In this document: piece after piece, positions 8,178 through 17,439 of the stretch
How positions within the stretch are numbered: position 1 is the stretch's first letter
Layout of the letters: each line of letters opens with the position of its first letter
NCBI GenBank assembly: GCA_002320815.1
Contig: DCLA01000086.1
Location: 2,330 to 66,329 of the forward strand
Source of the DNA: Myxococcales bacterium UBA1660
GTDB taxonomy: Bacteria > Myxococcota_A > Polyangia > Polyangiales > Houyiibacteriaceae
Length of the DNA: 64,000 nt
Direction: 5' to 3'
The notes under the pieces: generated by a model
What the model saw: only the letters and a program-made list of their open reading frames with translations
Told to the model about the DNA's origin: nothing
Database searches by the model: none
Position numbers and translations under genes: made by a program

Positions 8178-9044
8178 TCAGGTCACGTAGATGACGACGA
8201 CCACGGCGATGGCCCAGAGCACCAGGTTCAGTAGGAAGGGCCAGTCCTTGAGCATCTGCTCGGTCGGGCTGTCCGCGTCGGCGCGGTTGCGCACCAGATC
8301 CATGAAGCGGATCACACCGAACTCGGTGAAGACGATGGTCGCCGCCAGGTAGTCGGTGCCGAAGAACGCGCGGGTGTGCGGGTCCAGGGTGTAGATGACG
8401 TAGGTGGTCGTCGTCGCCAGCGCGGTGAGCTGGAGCAGCACGGTGACCGTCTTGCTCGAGTACTTGCTCAGGACGCTGCGGGTCTTGCCGGCGGACGGAG
8501 CCTGCAGCTCGTGCATCCGCTTGCCGAAGCCGAGGAAGGCGCTGAGCAGGAAGGTGACCACCAAGAGGTAGATGGTCGGCGGCACGCGGAGCGCGAAGGT
8601 CCCCGCGAGCACGCGGAGCTCGAAGCCCGCGGCGATGCAGAGCACGTCGACGTAGGGCACGTGCTTCAGCTTGTAGGTGTAGGCGACCTGGAGGAGCAGG
8701 TAGCCGCCGATGGCCGCCAGGACCCAGGCGTTCAAGACCAATGAGCCGGCGCAGGCCAGGGTGGCCAGCACCGCCATGGCGGTGCGCGCCACGTGGACCG
8801 GGAGCGCGCCGCTGGCGATGGGCCGCTTGCACTTCACCGGGTGGGCCCGGTCGGCCTCCACGTCGGCGAGATCGTTGAGCAGATAGATGCTGCTCGCCGC
8901 CAGGGAGAAGAGCACGAAGGCCAGCGCCGAGCGCAGGACCATGTCGACGTCGTCGAGGCCCTTCGCGAATACCAGCGGCGCCACCACGAAGAGGTTCTTC
9001 ACCCACTGGTGCGGTCGCATCGCCTTGAGCAAGCCGGCCAACAT
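8178..9044 (-). CDS. UbiA-family prenyltransferase (decaprenyl-phosphate phosphoribosyltransferase-like)
   Basis: RPHQWVKN, YLLNDLADVEADRAHPVKCKRPIASG, KRMHEL; multiple TM helices. Confidence 0.9.
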   Translation of the reverse strand: MLAGLLKAMRPHQWVKNLFVVAPLVFAKGLDDVDMVLRSALAFVLFSLAASSIYLLNDLADVEADRAHPVKCKRPIASGALPVHVARTAMAVLATLACAGSLVLNAWVLAAIGGYLLLQVAYTYKLKHVPYVDVLCIAAGFELRVLAGTFALRVPPTIYLLVVTFLLSAFLGFGKRMHELQAPSAGKTRSVLSKYSSKTVTVLLQLTALATTTTYVIYTLDPHTRAFFGTDYLAATIVFTEFGVIRFMDLVRNRADADSPTEQMLKDWPFLLNLVLWAIAVVVVIYVT

Positions 9045-9311
9045 CCCGGCGGTGGGATGACACGTCGGGACCGGCAGCGCCAGTGTACGGGATTAGCCCA
9101 CATCAGGGACTCGTGAACGATCGACCCGGGCTCTACCACTGGTGAGGTAGGGGGCTACCTCGGTCGAGGTGGATCCCCAAATATGAGGGGTACGCACCCA
9201 CATTGGGGATGCGTGTGACACTCTTGACCCCTTTGTAGCGGTGCGAGACATCACGACGTCGCTGCGGAACACGTGCGAATCAGCTGAAAGTTCTTTACAA
9301 AGTCTCACGGA

Positions 9312-12300
9312 ATGCCTTTCACGACCTCCCCCCTTCGCTTCCATCGTCTCCGCCTCTTGGCGCTCGCGATGGTCATCCCCGCCGCCGCGTGTGGTGACGA
9401 CGACCGGTCTGGAACGGACCTGGGCAGCCCCGATGGCTCCGTCTCCGGAGACACCATCGCGCCCACGCTTCGCTCGACCGAGCCAGCCGATGGCGACACC
9501 GAAGTGACCCGGTCGGCGCCGCTGGTCCTGCGCTTCAGCGAGCCCATGGACCTCGAGGTCGGCTCGATCGTCGCGACCCCGGGTGGACCGATCCCGATGG
9601 CTCGGTGGACCTGGGATCGGGTGGGCAGCACCCTCTCGGTCGAGACCACCGCGTCGTGGGCCGCGGGTGAGATCAACATCGCCGTCACCGAGTTCCAGGA
9701 CCCGAGCGGCAACGTGATGGAGCCCTACGAGTTCACCTTCGAGACCGTGGACGACGTCCGGCCCTTCGTGCTGTCGTCGACGCCGACGGAAGACGAGACC
9801 GGGGTCTCGGCGAACATCGAGTCGCTCACCCTGACCTTCTCCGAGCAGATGGACGAGACCCGGGGCACCGTCGCCCTCCTCGGCGGCGCGGCCACCGTGG
9901 GTGGCGCGGAGTGGTCCGAGGACGGCACCGTCGTGACCTTCCCGCTCTCGGACCTCGAGTACGACCGCGAGTACGACGCCGAGGTCCGCGGCTTCCGCGA
10001 CGTCTTCGGGAACCTCCTCGACCCCGAGCCCTACCTGGTCGATGGCATCCTCGACTTCACCACCCGGGAAGACGACGAGGCCCCCATCGTGGTCCGCGCC
10101 GATCCCGGCGAGGGCACCACCGACGTGAACCCGGGGACCACCAGCCAGGTGCTGGTGACCTTCAACGAGCCGATGGACGAGACGGTCCGCACCGTGGAGT
10201 TCTCCAACGGCACCGAGACCATGACCCTCGACGTGAGCTGGACCGACGTGGGCCGGCTCCTGCGCATTCCCGTCGAGGGGCTCCTGGAGTTCGACACCAG
10301 CTACTCCATCGACCTCAGCAACATGCGGGACCGTCGGGGCAACCCCATCGACGAGACCACCTACCTGCTCGACGGCAGCCTGGACTTCACCGTCTCCAAC
10401 GACGTCTTCGATCCCTTCGTCAGCGCCAGCACCCCGGCCGAGGCCGAGACCGGCGTGAACTTCCGGGACGAGGTGACGGTGGAGCTGACGTTCTCCGAAG
10501 CGATGGACCAGACGCTCACCACCGTGGTCCTCTCGGGCGACGGCATGACCTGGACCCTCGACGGCGCCTGGCTCTCGTCGTCGGTGTTCACCGTGACCCT
10601 CCCGAGCGAGCTCGTGGCCGACACGGTCTACTCCCTCGACGTCACCATGCTCCAGGACCTCACCGGCAACGGCGTGGACACGACCCACATGTACCTGGGT
10701 GACGGCATCCTCGACTTCACCACCGCGCCTCCCGGTGGCGAGAACTGCCGCGACGCCCTGACCGCCGCGCAGGCGACCCTCGCGGACGGCGTCTACACCT
10801 GGGAGATCGACCCCAACTTCATCGACCTCGACGATGGCGGAACGAACTGCCGTTGGGACGACCCGGGCGTCACCCGCGACGACGCGGTCATCCTCTACGA
10901 GAAGGTCTCCGCGGACCGCGCCACCTCGGGCAAGCTGCTCCGGGTCACCGCGGTCGCCGACCTCACCAGTGCCGAGTTCGCGATCGCGATCAGCTCGGGC
11001 GCTTGCGACCCGACCGCGACCATGGACCGCTGCCAGACCGAATCGGCGATCCACGAGGTCTACGTCGATCTCCCCGCCGGCCCGGTCCAGATTTGGCTGG
11101 CTCGTTCGGATTCTTCGATCTTCGACGACGTCACCGTCACCGTCACCGAGGTCGACGCGCCGCTCCCCGAGGGCGAGGCCTGCGACAACCCCTTCACGGT
11201 CGGCGGTATGTTCCACTCGACCGTCGGCGGCGCCGATCGCTGGGTCATCCCCGAGAACTATCTCCGCGCGCGGGATATCTCCCCCTACAGCGTGGGCGAC
11301 ACCTCGCTGGTGAGCTGCGACAACAGCTCCGACTTCACCGACTACATCAACGGAACCGGCGTCGACGGCGTCATCCGCTACACCGTGGCGGCCAACACCG
11401 CCCTGCGGGTCACCGTCGACGGCGACTACACCGCCAGCTCGCTGGTCTCCGACTTCAACGTGTCGGCCTACCCGACCTGCGAGGTCACGCCGACCACCCA
11501 GGAGCTCTACTGCGAGCCCAGCATCAGCACCTTCGACGAGACCCAGGTCATCGACGTGCCCACGCCGGGTGACGTCTACTTCTGGATCACCAACGAGGAC
11601 GCCGACCACTATCGATCGACGACCAGCGGTGACGTCTCCAACCGCGAGGTGCAGGTCACCATCGAGCCCATCCCGCTCGATCCCGGCGACTTCTGCTCCA
11701 GCGCGTACGCCGGCATCGTCGGCGCCAACGCGGTCACCGGCACCTCCGACGCCCAGGTGGTCCAGCCCTCGTGCTTCGGGACCACCACGAACGTCGAGTT
11801 CTACCGGGTGACTGCCGACCAGGCGCTCCTCTCGGCCGCGGCCGACGCGGCGGGCGGGATCGCGCTCTTCCTCCCCGGCCAGTCCGCCGACCTCGCCTGC
11901 TCCGCCGACGGCCTCGCCTCGCCGGTCTCCGCGCTGGTCACTCCGGGCAGCGACGTCTGCGTCGCGGTGGAGATGGGTCAGGGCATCAGCAACTTCAACG
12001 TCGCCACCGCCGTCTACGACGGCGTCGGCCTCGTCCCGGCGGTGGACCTGCCCATCGAGCGTCCCACTACGGCCACGGGCTCGACCGTGACCATCACCGC
12101 CGACAAGTGGATGACCGTGTCCAACGGGCGCCTCGTCTACTCCTGGTCGACGAGCGCGGCCCTGGAGTCCGCCGCCGACGGCTCCGGTCCGACCATCTAC
12201 CGCAGCTCGACCGATGGCCTCTCGAGCTCCATCCTCGGCAACGACGGCCTGTTCAACGCCAACGGCGCCCTCTTCGCCCTCGATGACACCACCTCGACCT

Positions 12301-12953
12301 CGGGGCCGCGCATCTGGCGTCTCTGGGACGGCCGGTCGCCCATCTGGGACCCGCTCCCCTGGGACTCGGGCATCACCTACCACGACGAGGACATCGCGGC
12401 CGGGGCCATGGTGGGGAACACCCTCTACTACATGACCGAGGGCTACATCACCGGTACCACCACCCTCGACTACCCCCGCTTCTACGCGCTGGACACCTCG
12501 TCGCCGGGCACCCCGGTGCTGCTCGGGGTGAACACCGACATCGAGTACCAGACGGGTCTCGCGGCCGACGACACCTACCTCTACGTCGCTGGCGAGCTGG
12601 ACTCGACCGGTGAAGAGGGCGTCTTCCGGATCCCCATCGCCAACCCCTCGGCGACCCCGGTGAACCTGACGCCGGGCATCAACATCTACACTTCGTCGTC
12701 CCCGAGCCAGCCGGTGGCGGTGTTCGTGAGCGGGACGACCAGCCCGTCCTTCCTCTACGTGCGCAACGCCGACGGTCACGTCGAGGCCGTCCTGAACCCG
12801 GCCGCGGCGAGCCCGGCCTACATCGGTGAGGTGATCGATGTGGGCGGCAGCTCCGACTACGCCATGTGGCTCGATCAGGCCTCGGGGTCCCTGTACCTCT
12901 TCGAGACCGACTCCGAGTCCACCGGTAACTTCCTCCGCTTCGATACCCCCTGA
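9312..12953 (+). CDS. Large surface lipoprotein with about 4 Ig-like (Big_5-type) repeats, Cys-linked beta domains and a probable C-terminal propeller
   Basis: Lipobox AAAC-GDDD; repeated FSEPMD/FSEQMD/FNEPMD/FSEAMD and YLxDGxLDFT motifs. Confidence 0.8.
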   Translation: MPFTTSPLRFHRLRLLALAMVIPAAACGDDDRSGTDLGSPDGSVSGDTIAPTLRSTEPADGDTEVTRSAPLVLRFSEPMDLEVGSIVATPGGPIPMARWTWDRVGSTLSVETTASWAAGEINIAVTEFQDPSGNVMEPYEFTFETVDDVRPFVLSSTPTEDETGVSANIESLTLTFSEQMDETRGTVALLGGAATVGGAEWSEDGTVVTFPLSDLEYDREYDAEVRGFRDVFGNLLDPEPYLVDGILDFTTREDDEAPIVVRADPGEGTTDVNPGTTSQVLVTFNEPMDETVRTVEFSNGTETMTLDVSWTDVGRLLRIPVEGLLEFDTSYSIDLSNMRDRRGNPIDETTYLLDGSLDFTVSNDVFDPFVSASTPAEAETGVNFRDEVTVELTFSEAMDQTLTTVVLSGDGMTWTLDGAWLSSSVFTVTLPSELVADTVYSLDVTMLQDLTGNGVDTTHMYLGDGILDFTTAPPGGENCRDALTAAQATLADGVYTWEIDPNFIDLDDGGTNCRWDDPGVTRDDAVILYEKVSADRATSGKLLRVTAVADLTSAEFAIAISSGACDPTATMDRCQTESAIHEVYVDLPAGPVQIWLARSDSSIFDDVTVTVTEVDAPLPEGEACDNPFTVGGMFHSTVGGADRWVIPENYLRARDISPYSVGDTSLVSCDNSSDFTDYINGTGVDGVIRYTVAANTALRVTVDGDYTASSLVSDFNVSAYPTCEVTPTTQELYCEPSISTFDETQVIDVPTPGDVYFWITNEDADHYRSTTSGDVSNREVQVTIEPIPLDPGDFCSSAYAGIVGANAVTGTSDAQVVQPSCFGTTTNVEFYRVTADQALLSAAADAAGGIALFLPGQSADLACSADGLASPVSALVTPGSDVCVAVEMGQGISNFNVATAVYDGVGLVPAVDLPIERPTTATGSTVTITADKWMTVSNGRLVYSWSTSAALESAADGSGPTIYRSSTDGLSSSILGNDGLFNANGALFALDDTTSTSGPRIWRLWDGRSPIWDPLPWDSGITYHDEDIAAGAMVGNTLYYMTEGYITGTTTLDYPRFYALDTSSPGTPVLLGVNTDIEYQTGLAADDTYLYVAGELDSTGEEGVFRIPIANPSATPVNLTPGINIYTSSSPSQPVAVFVSGTTSPSFLYVRNADGHVEAVLNPAAASPAYIGEVIDVGGSSDYAMWLDQASGSLYLFETDSESTGNFLRFDTP

Positions 12954-12956
12954 ACG

Positions 12957-15302
12957 ATGATGACTCGCTTTTTCAAAGGCTCACCGATGACCACGAAGAC
13001 CTTCAGCAAGGGGGCATTCGCCGTCCTGCTCGTCCTCGCCGCTGCGTGCGGTGACGACGACGGGACCCCGGAGCCCGACGCCGGCACGGGGGTGGACGCC
13101 CAGGTGCCGAACCGCGACGGCGGCATGCCGCTCGACGCGAACCGGCCGATGCTCACCTGCTCGGACGAGACGATGGGCTCCACCATCGGCACCGAGTGCT
13201 TCACCAACACCGACTGCCAGGACGGCTGCTACTGCAACGGTGACGAGATCTGCTCCGGCGGCACCTGCGTCGCCGGCGCCGTGCCCTGCACCGGCTCCGA
13301 GTGCGCCACCGCCACCTGCGACGAAGACGCCGATGCGTGCGACATCGAGGTCGACAACACCGTCTGTGACGACGGCGCCTTCTGCAACGGCCCGGAGACG
13401 TGCGACCCCACCCGGGGTTGCCTCCCCGGCGTCCCGCCCCTCTGCGCCGACGGTGACATCTGCACCATCGACTCGTGCGACGAGGCGACCGGCGCCTGTG
13501 TGAACTCGCCCATCGACAACGACGGCGACGGCGCGGTCTCCCGCTCCTGCGGCGGCGACGACTGCGACGACAACAACGCCGGCCGCGCCCCGGGCAACAC
13601 CGAGATCTGCGGCAACGGCATCGACGATGACTGCAACTCGGCCACCGACGCCCTCGATGTCGCCTGCGCGCCCACCAACGACCTCTGCGCCGACGCTACG
13701 CGCGGTCCCCTCGACATCACCCCCGCCGGTCTCGGCACCACGGTGATCGACGGGTCCACCGTCGGCATGACGGCCGACTACGACACCTCCTGCGGCGAGA
13801 TCGCCGAGGACGACATGCCCGACGCGGTCTTCACCTTCACCCTCGACCAGCCCCGCCGGGTCGGTGTCCAGATGGTCGGGGCGGGTCTCAACGGCGTCAT
13901 CGCCCTGGTCCCGCTGGCCGATTGTGGCGACGAGGACGAGGAGGTCGGCTGCTCCGACCCCACCTCGTCGTCCACGGACCCCTTCATCGGTCTCAGCGAG
14001 CTGGCCGCGGGCACCTACGCGATCATCGTGAAGCCCGAGTCGGGCCCGGGCTTCCAGCTCGCGCTCACCATCGAGGAGGTCGTGCCCGTCGACCTCACCG
14101 GCGACACCTGCGCTTCGCCCATCGACGTGAGCGCGGGCGGCACCTTCACCGGCAGCTTCATCGGCGACCCGCTCTACTCCGGAGACGAGTTCAACGACGA
14201 CTTCGACCTCTCCTGCTACTCGAGCACCACCAACTACCCCGAGGTCGTCTTCAGCTTCACGCTGACCGAGGACCAGGACGTCACGCTCACCAGCAAGACC
14301 TTCAGCTCGACCGGCGCCGAGGCGAACGTGGGCATGCAGCTCTCGGACGACTGCTCGACGGTGTCCTCGTTCTTCGAGGACAACTACTGCGATCGGAGCT
14401 TCGCCAGCACGGTCACCGGGCCGCAGACGTTCTTCTACCGGAACATGCCGGCCGGCACCTACTACGTGCACCTCGAGCGGAACTCGACCAGCACGATCAG
14501 CTACTTCGACTGGCAGCTGGACGTGCAGATCGACCCCGCCAGCGGATCGAACCCGGGTGACGACTGCTCGGCGGGCATTCCCATCGACATCACCAGCGGA
14601 CCCGGGACCATCGATCTGTCGACGCTCCTCGAGGACCGCGCGGCCGGCGAGTTCTGCCGGGTGAACACCGCGGGCTACATCGACCTCTTCTACCAGTTCA
14701 CCCTGACCAGCACCCAGGACGTGACCGTCCGGACGGATGGCGGCGGCGTGCAGCACTGGGCGGCCGTCTCGGAGGTCTGTGGATCGCCGGTCTCGGTCTA
14801 CGAGTGCTACGCGGCGACCTCGGGGATGGGCGAGCGCACCTACACGCGCCTCGGGCCGGGGACCTACTTCGTGAACGTCTCGACCTTCGCGACCTCCGGT
14901 TCCATCACCGCCAGCATCGCGACGGCGCCGGCCACCCCGGCTCCGGCGAACGACACCTGCGCGGGCGCGGAGGTCATCACCTCCGGCAGCTTCGACACCT
15001 TCGACCTGACGACCTACTCCGATTCGGAGGAGTACTGCGCTCCGGGTTACCTGGACGCCCACTACACCTTCACGCTGACCGAGCGCAGCGACGTCGACAT
15101 CCGCGCCGACGGCGCGCGTCGCGTCGCCGTCTACTCGGACTGCGGTCTCGCCACGGCGCCCACCTGCAGCTCCGACGCGGTCTTCCCCGCGCGCCTGGAG
15201 ACGCCGCTGGACGCGGGCACCTACTACATCGCCGTCGAGGCCGATCCCTTCTCGGCTTCCGCGACCACTCGCGTCGTCTTCAACGCCATCCCCACCCTCT
15301 GA
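12957..15302 (+). CDS. Cys-rich lipoprotein with a putative metal-binding motif and PPC-like beta-sandwich repeats (alternative start 12987)
   Basis: Lipobox AAAC-GDDD; CDDGAFCNGPETC; DNDGDG...DCDD...EICGNGIDDDC; repeated AGTY/PGTY motifs. Confidence 0.8.
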   Translation: MMTRFFKGSPMTTKTFSKGAFAVLLVLAAACGDDDGTPEPDAGTGVDAQVPNRDGGMPLDANRPMLTCSDETMGSTIGTECFTNTDCQDGCYCNGDEICSGGTCVAGAVPCTGSECATATCDEDADACDIEVDNTVCDDGAFCNGPETCDPTRGCLPGVPPLCADGDICTIDSCDEATGACVNSPIDNDGDGAVSRSCGGDDCDDNNAGRAPGNTEICGNGIDDDCNSATDALDVACAPTNDLCADATRGPLDITPAGLGTTVIDGSTVGMTADYDTSCGEIAEDDMPDAVFTFTLDQPRRVGVQMVGAGLNGVIALVPLADCGDEDEEVGCSDPTSSSTDPFIGLSELAAGTYAIIVKPESGPGFQLALTIEEVVPVDLTGDTCASPIDVSAGGTFTGSFIGDPLYSGDEFNDDFDLSCYSSTTNYPEVVFSFTLTEDQDVTLTSKTFSSTGAEANVGMQLSDDCSTVSSFFEDNYCDRSFASTVTGPQTFFYRNMPAGTYYVHLERNSTSTISYFDWQLDVQIDPASGSNPGDDCSAGIPIDITSGPGTIDLSTLLEDRAAGEFCRVNTAGYIDLFYQFTLTSTQDVTVRTDGGGVQHWAAVSEVCGSPVSVYECYAATSGMGERTYTRLGPGTYFVNVSTFATSGSITASIATAPATPAPANDTCAGAEVITSGSFDTFDLTTYSDSEEYCAPGYLDAHYTFTLTERSDVDIRADGARRVAVYSDCGLATAPTCSSDAVFPARLETPLDAGTYYIAVEADPFSASATTRVVFNAIPTL

Positions 15303-15306
15303 ACCG

Positions 15307-17346
15307 ATGACTCACACGACCAACATGCGCTCGAAGATCACGCTGATCGGCTTGCTCGTCTTCGCCTTCTCCTTCTCCACGGGATGCGGCGACGACGACG
15401 GCCGGATGATGACGCCCGACGGGGCGGTCCGGCGTCCGGACGACGATGGCGACACCATCTCGAACCAGGACGAGGGATCGACCTCGAACGTCGACACCGA
15501 CGGTGACGGCACCCCCGACTACCTGGATGCCGACTCGGACAACGACGGCATCTTCGACGTCGAGGAAGCCGGCGACGCCGACACCAACACGCCGCCCGTC
15601 GACTCCGACGCCGACGGCGTGCCGGACTTCCAGGACTTCGACTCCGACAACAACGGCATCCCCGACGCCCGCGAGTTCTTCGGCGACACCGACGGCGACG
15701 GCATCCTGGACTTCGCCGACGAGGACGACGACAACGACGGCCTCCGCGACGAAGAAGAGCTCCAGGGGCGCTTCGACTTCCCCCGCGACATCGACGACGA
15801 CGGCATCCCCGACTTCAAGGATCCCGACTCGGACAACGACACCATCCTCGATGGCACCGAAGGCCGCCGCGACACCGACGGTGACGGCGTGCCCGACCTC
15901 GAGGATTTCGACAGCGACAACGACGGCCTGACGGACCTCGAAGAGGCCGGCGACTCCGACCTCTTCAGCCCGCCCGTCGACACCGACGGCGACCGGATCC
16001 CCGACTACCGGGACCGGGACTCGGACAACGACGGTCTCTCGGACCAGCTCGAGGTCGAGGCCGGCACCGACCCGCGCCTGGCCGACACCGACGAAGACGG
16101 CGTCAGCGACCTCATCGAGGTCGGCGCCGGGACCAACGCCCGCGACCCGGAGGACAACCCCCGGGCAAACGGCGACTTCGTCTTCGTGGTGCCCTTCGAG
16201 GAGCCGGCTCGCCCGGCGCGAGACACGCTGAGCTTCCGGACGAACGTCCAGCTCGCCGACGTCTACTTCCTCTGGGACACCACCGGCTCGATGGACGCGG
16301 AGATCAACAACACCCGCGACCGCTACGAGGAGATCGTCACTCGTCTCACCTGCGAGGACTACGGCGTCGCCTGCTCCTCCAACGGTGACTGCGAGCTCGC
16401 CGGGCCCGACGCCATCTGCAGCACCAGCGGCCGCTGCATCGAGGACCCGGAGACCGCGTTCTGCGTCGCCGACCTCTGGACCGGCGTCGGCTCCTATCAG
16501 GACGGCGGTGAGCACGCGAACCGCATCAGCCTGCAGCCCCTGCCCTCGGCCACCCAGATGGCCTTCCCGACCGACGCCGACCTCGGCGGCGGCTCCGAGG
16601 CCCTCTTCGAGAGCATCGCCTGCACCGCGAACCCCACCTGGTGCCCCGCGGGCGCCGGCTGCACCCCGGGCGGCGTCGGCTGCCCGAGCTTCCGCACCGA
16701 CGCCATCCGACTCCTCGTGGCCATCACCGACGAGCCGGACGGCTGCTCCAGCTGTTCGCCGGACACCGCCTTCGAGACCGGGCGCATCGTCCGCGACGCG
16801 GGCATCACCTTCGCCGGAATCAAGGCCGGCGGCACCGACGCGGCGCTCCAGGAGCTCCAGGACGTCGCCGTCGCCGCCGAGTCCTACACCGCCACGGGAG
16901 CTCCCCTGGTCTTCGAGGCGCCCGACGCCTCCGACGACCCGGAGCCCCTCATCCAGGGCGTCGTCGACGCGGTCAACGAGATCGTCCGCAACGTCGGTCT
17001 CTACGTGACCATCGACCAGCAGGACGCCCCGGGTGACTCCGGCAACTCCCTGCAGTTCATCGAGCGGCTCGAGACCAACATCAGCCGCGCCGACTGCGCC
17101 CTGGTGGACGAGCTGGCCGACGTGAACCCGCGCGACGGGTACACCGAGACCTTCCCCGACCTGCTCCCCGGCAAGCGTGTCTGCTGGGACCTCGTGGTGC
17201 GACCCAACCGGACCGTGCCTCCCACGGCGGAGCCGCAGCTCTTCGTCGCGAACCTCATCGTGACGGGCAACGGGTCCCCGCTGGACCGGCGCCAGGTCTT
17301 CTTCCTGGTCCCGCCGGACCCGGACCTCGACACCAACATCGACTGA
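15307..17346 (+). CDS. Lipoprotein with thrombospondin type-3 Ca-binding repeats and a beta-integrin-like VWA domain (CglD-like adhesin)
   Basis: Lipobox STGC-GDDD; many DxDxDGxPDxxDxDSDNDG repeats; DVYFLWDTTGSM MIDAS-like motif, GGSEA and ITDE. Confidence 0.8.
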   Translation: MTHTTNMRSKITLIGLLVFAFSFSTGCGDDDGRMMTPDGAVRRPDDDGDTISNQDEGSTSNVDTDGDGTPDYLDADSDNDGIFDVEEAGDADTNTPPVDSDADGVPDFQDFDSDNNGIPDAREFFGDTDGDGILDFADEDDDNDGLRDEEELQGRFDFPRDIDDDGIPDFKDPDSDNDTILDGTEGRRDTDGDGVPDLEDFDSDNDGLTDLEEAGDSDLFSPPVDTDGDRIPDYRDRDSDNDGLSDQLEVEAGTDPRLADTDEDGVSDLIEVGAGTNARDPEDNPRANGDFVFVVPFEEPARPARDTLSFRTNVQLADVYFLWDTTGSMDAEINNTRDRYEEIVTRLTCEDYGVACSSNGDCELAGPDAICSTSGRCIEDPETAFCVADLWTGVGSYQDGGEHANRISLQPLPSATQMAFPTDADLGGGSEALFESIACTANPTWCPAGAGCTPGGVGCPSFRTDAIRLLVAITDEPDGCSSCSPDTAFETGRIVRDAGITFAGIKAGGTDAALQELQDVAVAAESYTATGAPLVFEAPDASDDPEPLIQGVVDAVNEIVRNVGLYVTIDQQDAPGDSGNSLQFIERLETNISRADCALVDELADVNPRDGYTETFPDLLPGKRVCWDLVVRPNRTVPPTAEPQLFVANLIVTGNGSPLDRRQVFFLVPPDPDLDTNID

Positions 17347-17362
17347 GCAACCGCTCGACACT

Positions 17363-17402
17363 GGCGAACGCCGCGCCCGGGACACCGGGGGCGGCGTTCG
17401 CC
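17363..17402. terminator. Long hairpin between convergent operons
   Basis: GGCGAACGCCGC-GCCCGG-GACA-CCGGGG-GCGGCGTTCGCC. Confidence 0.7.
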
Positions 17403-17439
17403 GTTGGGGAGCCCATGCGGGCTCGTTGTCAGCGTCCGG

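Noticed and set aside
15420-16140. GAC-rich nucleotide periodicity
   Set aside because: Fully explained by Asp-rich TSP3 protein repeats
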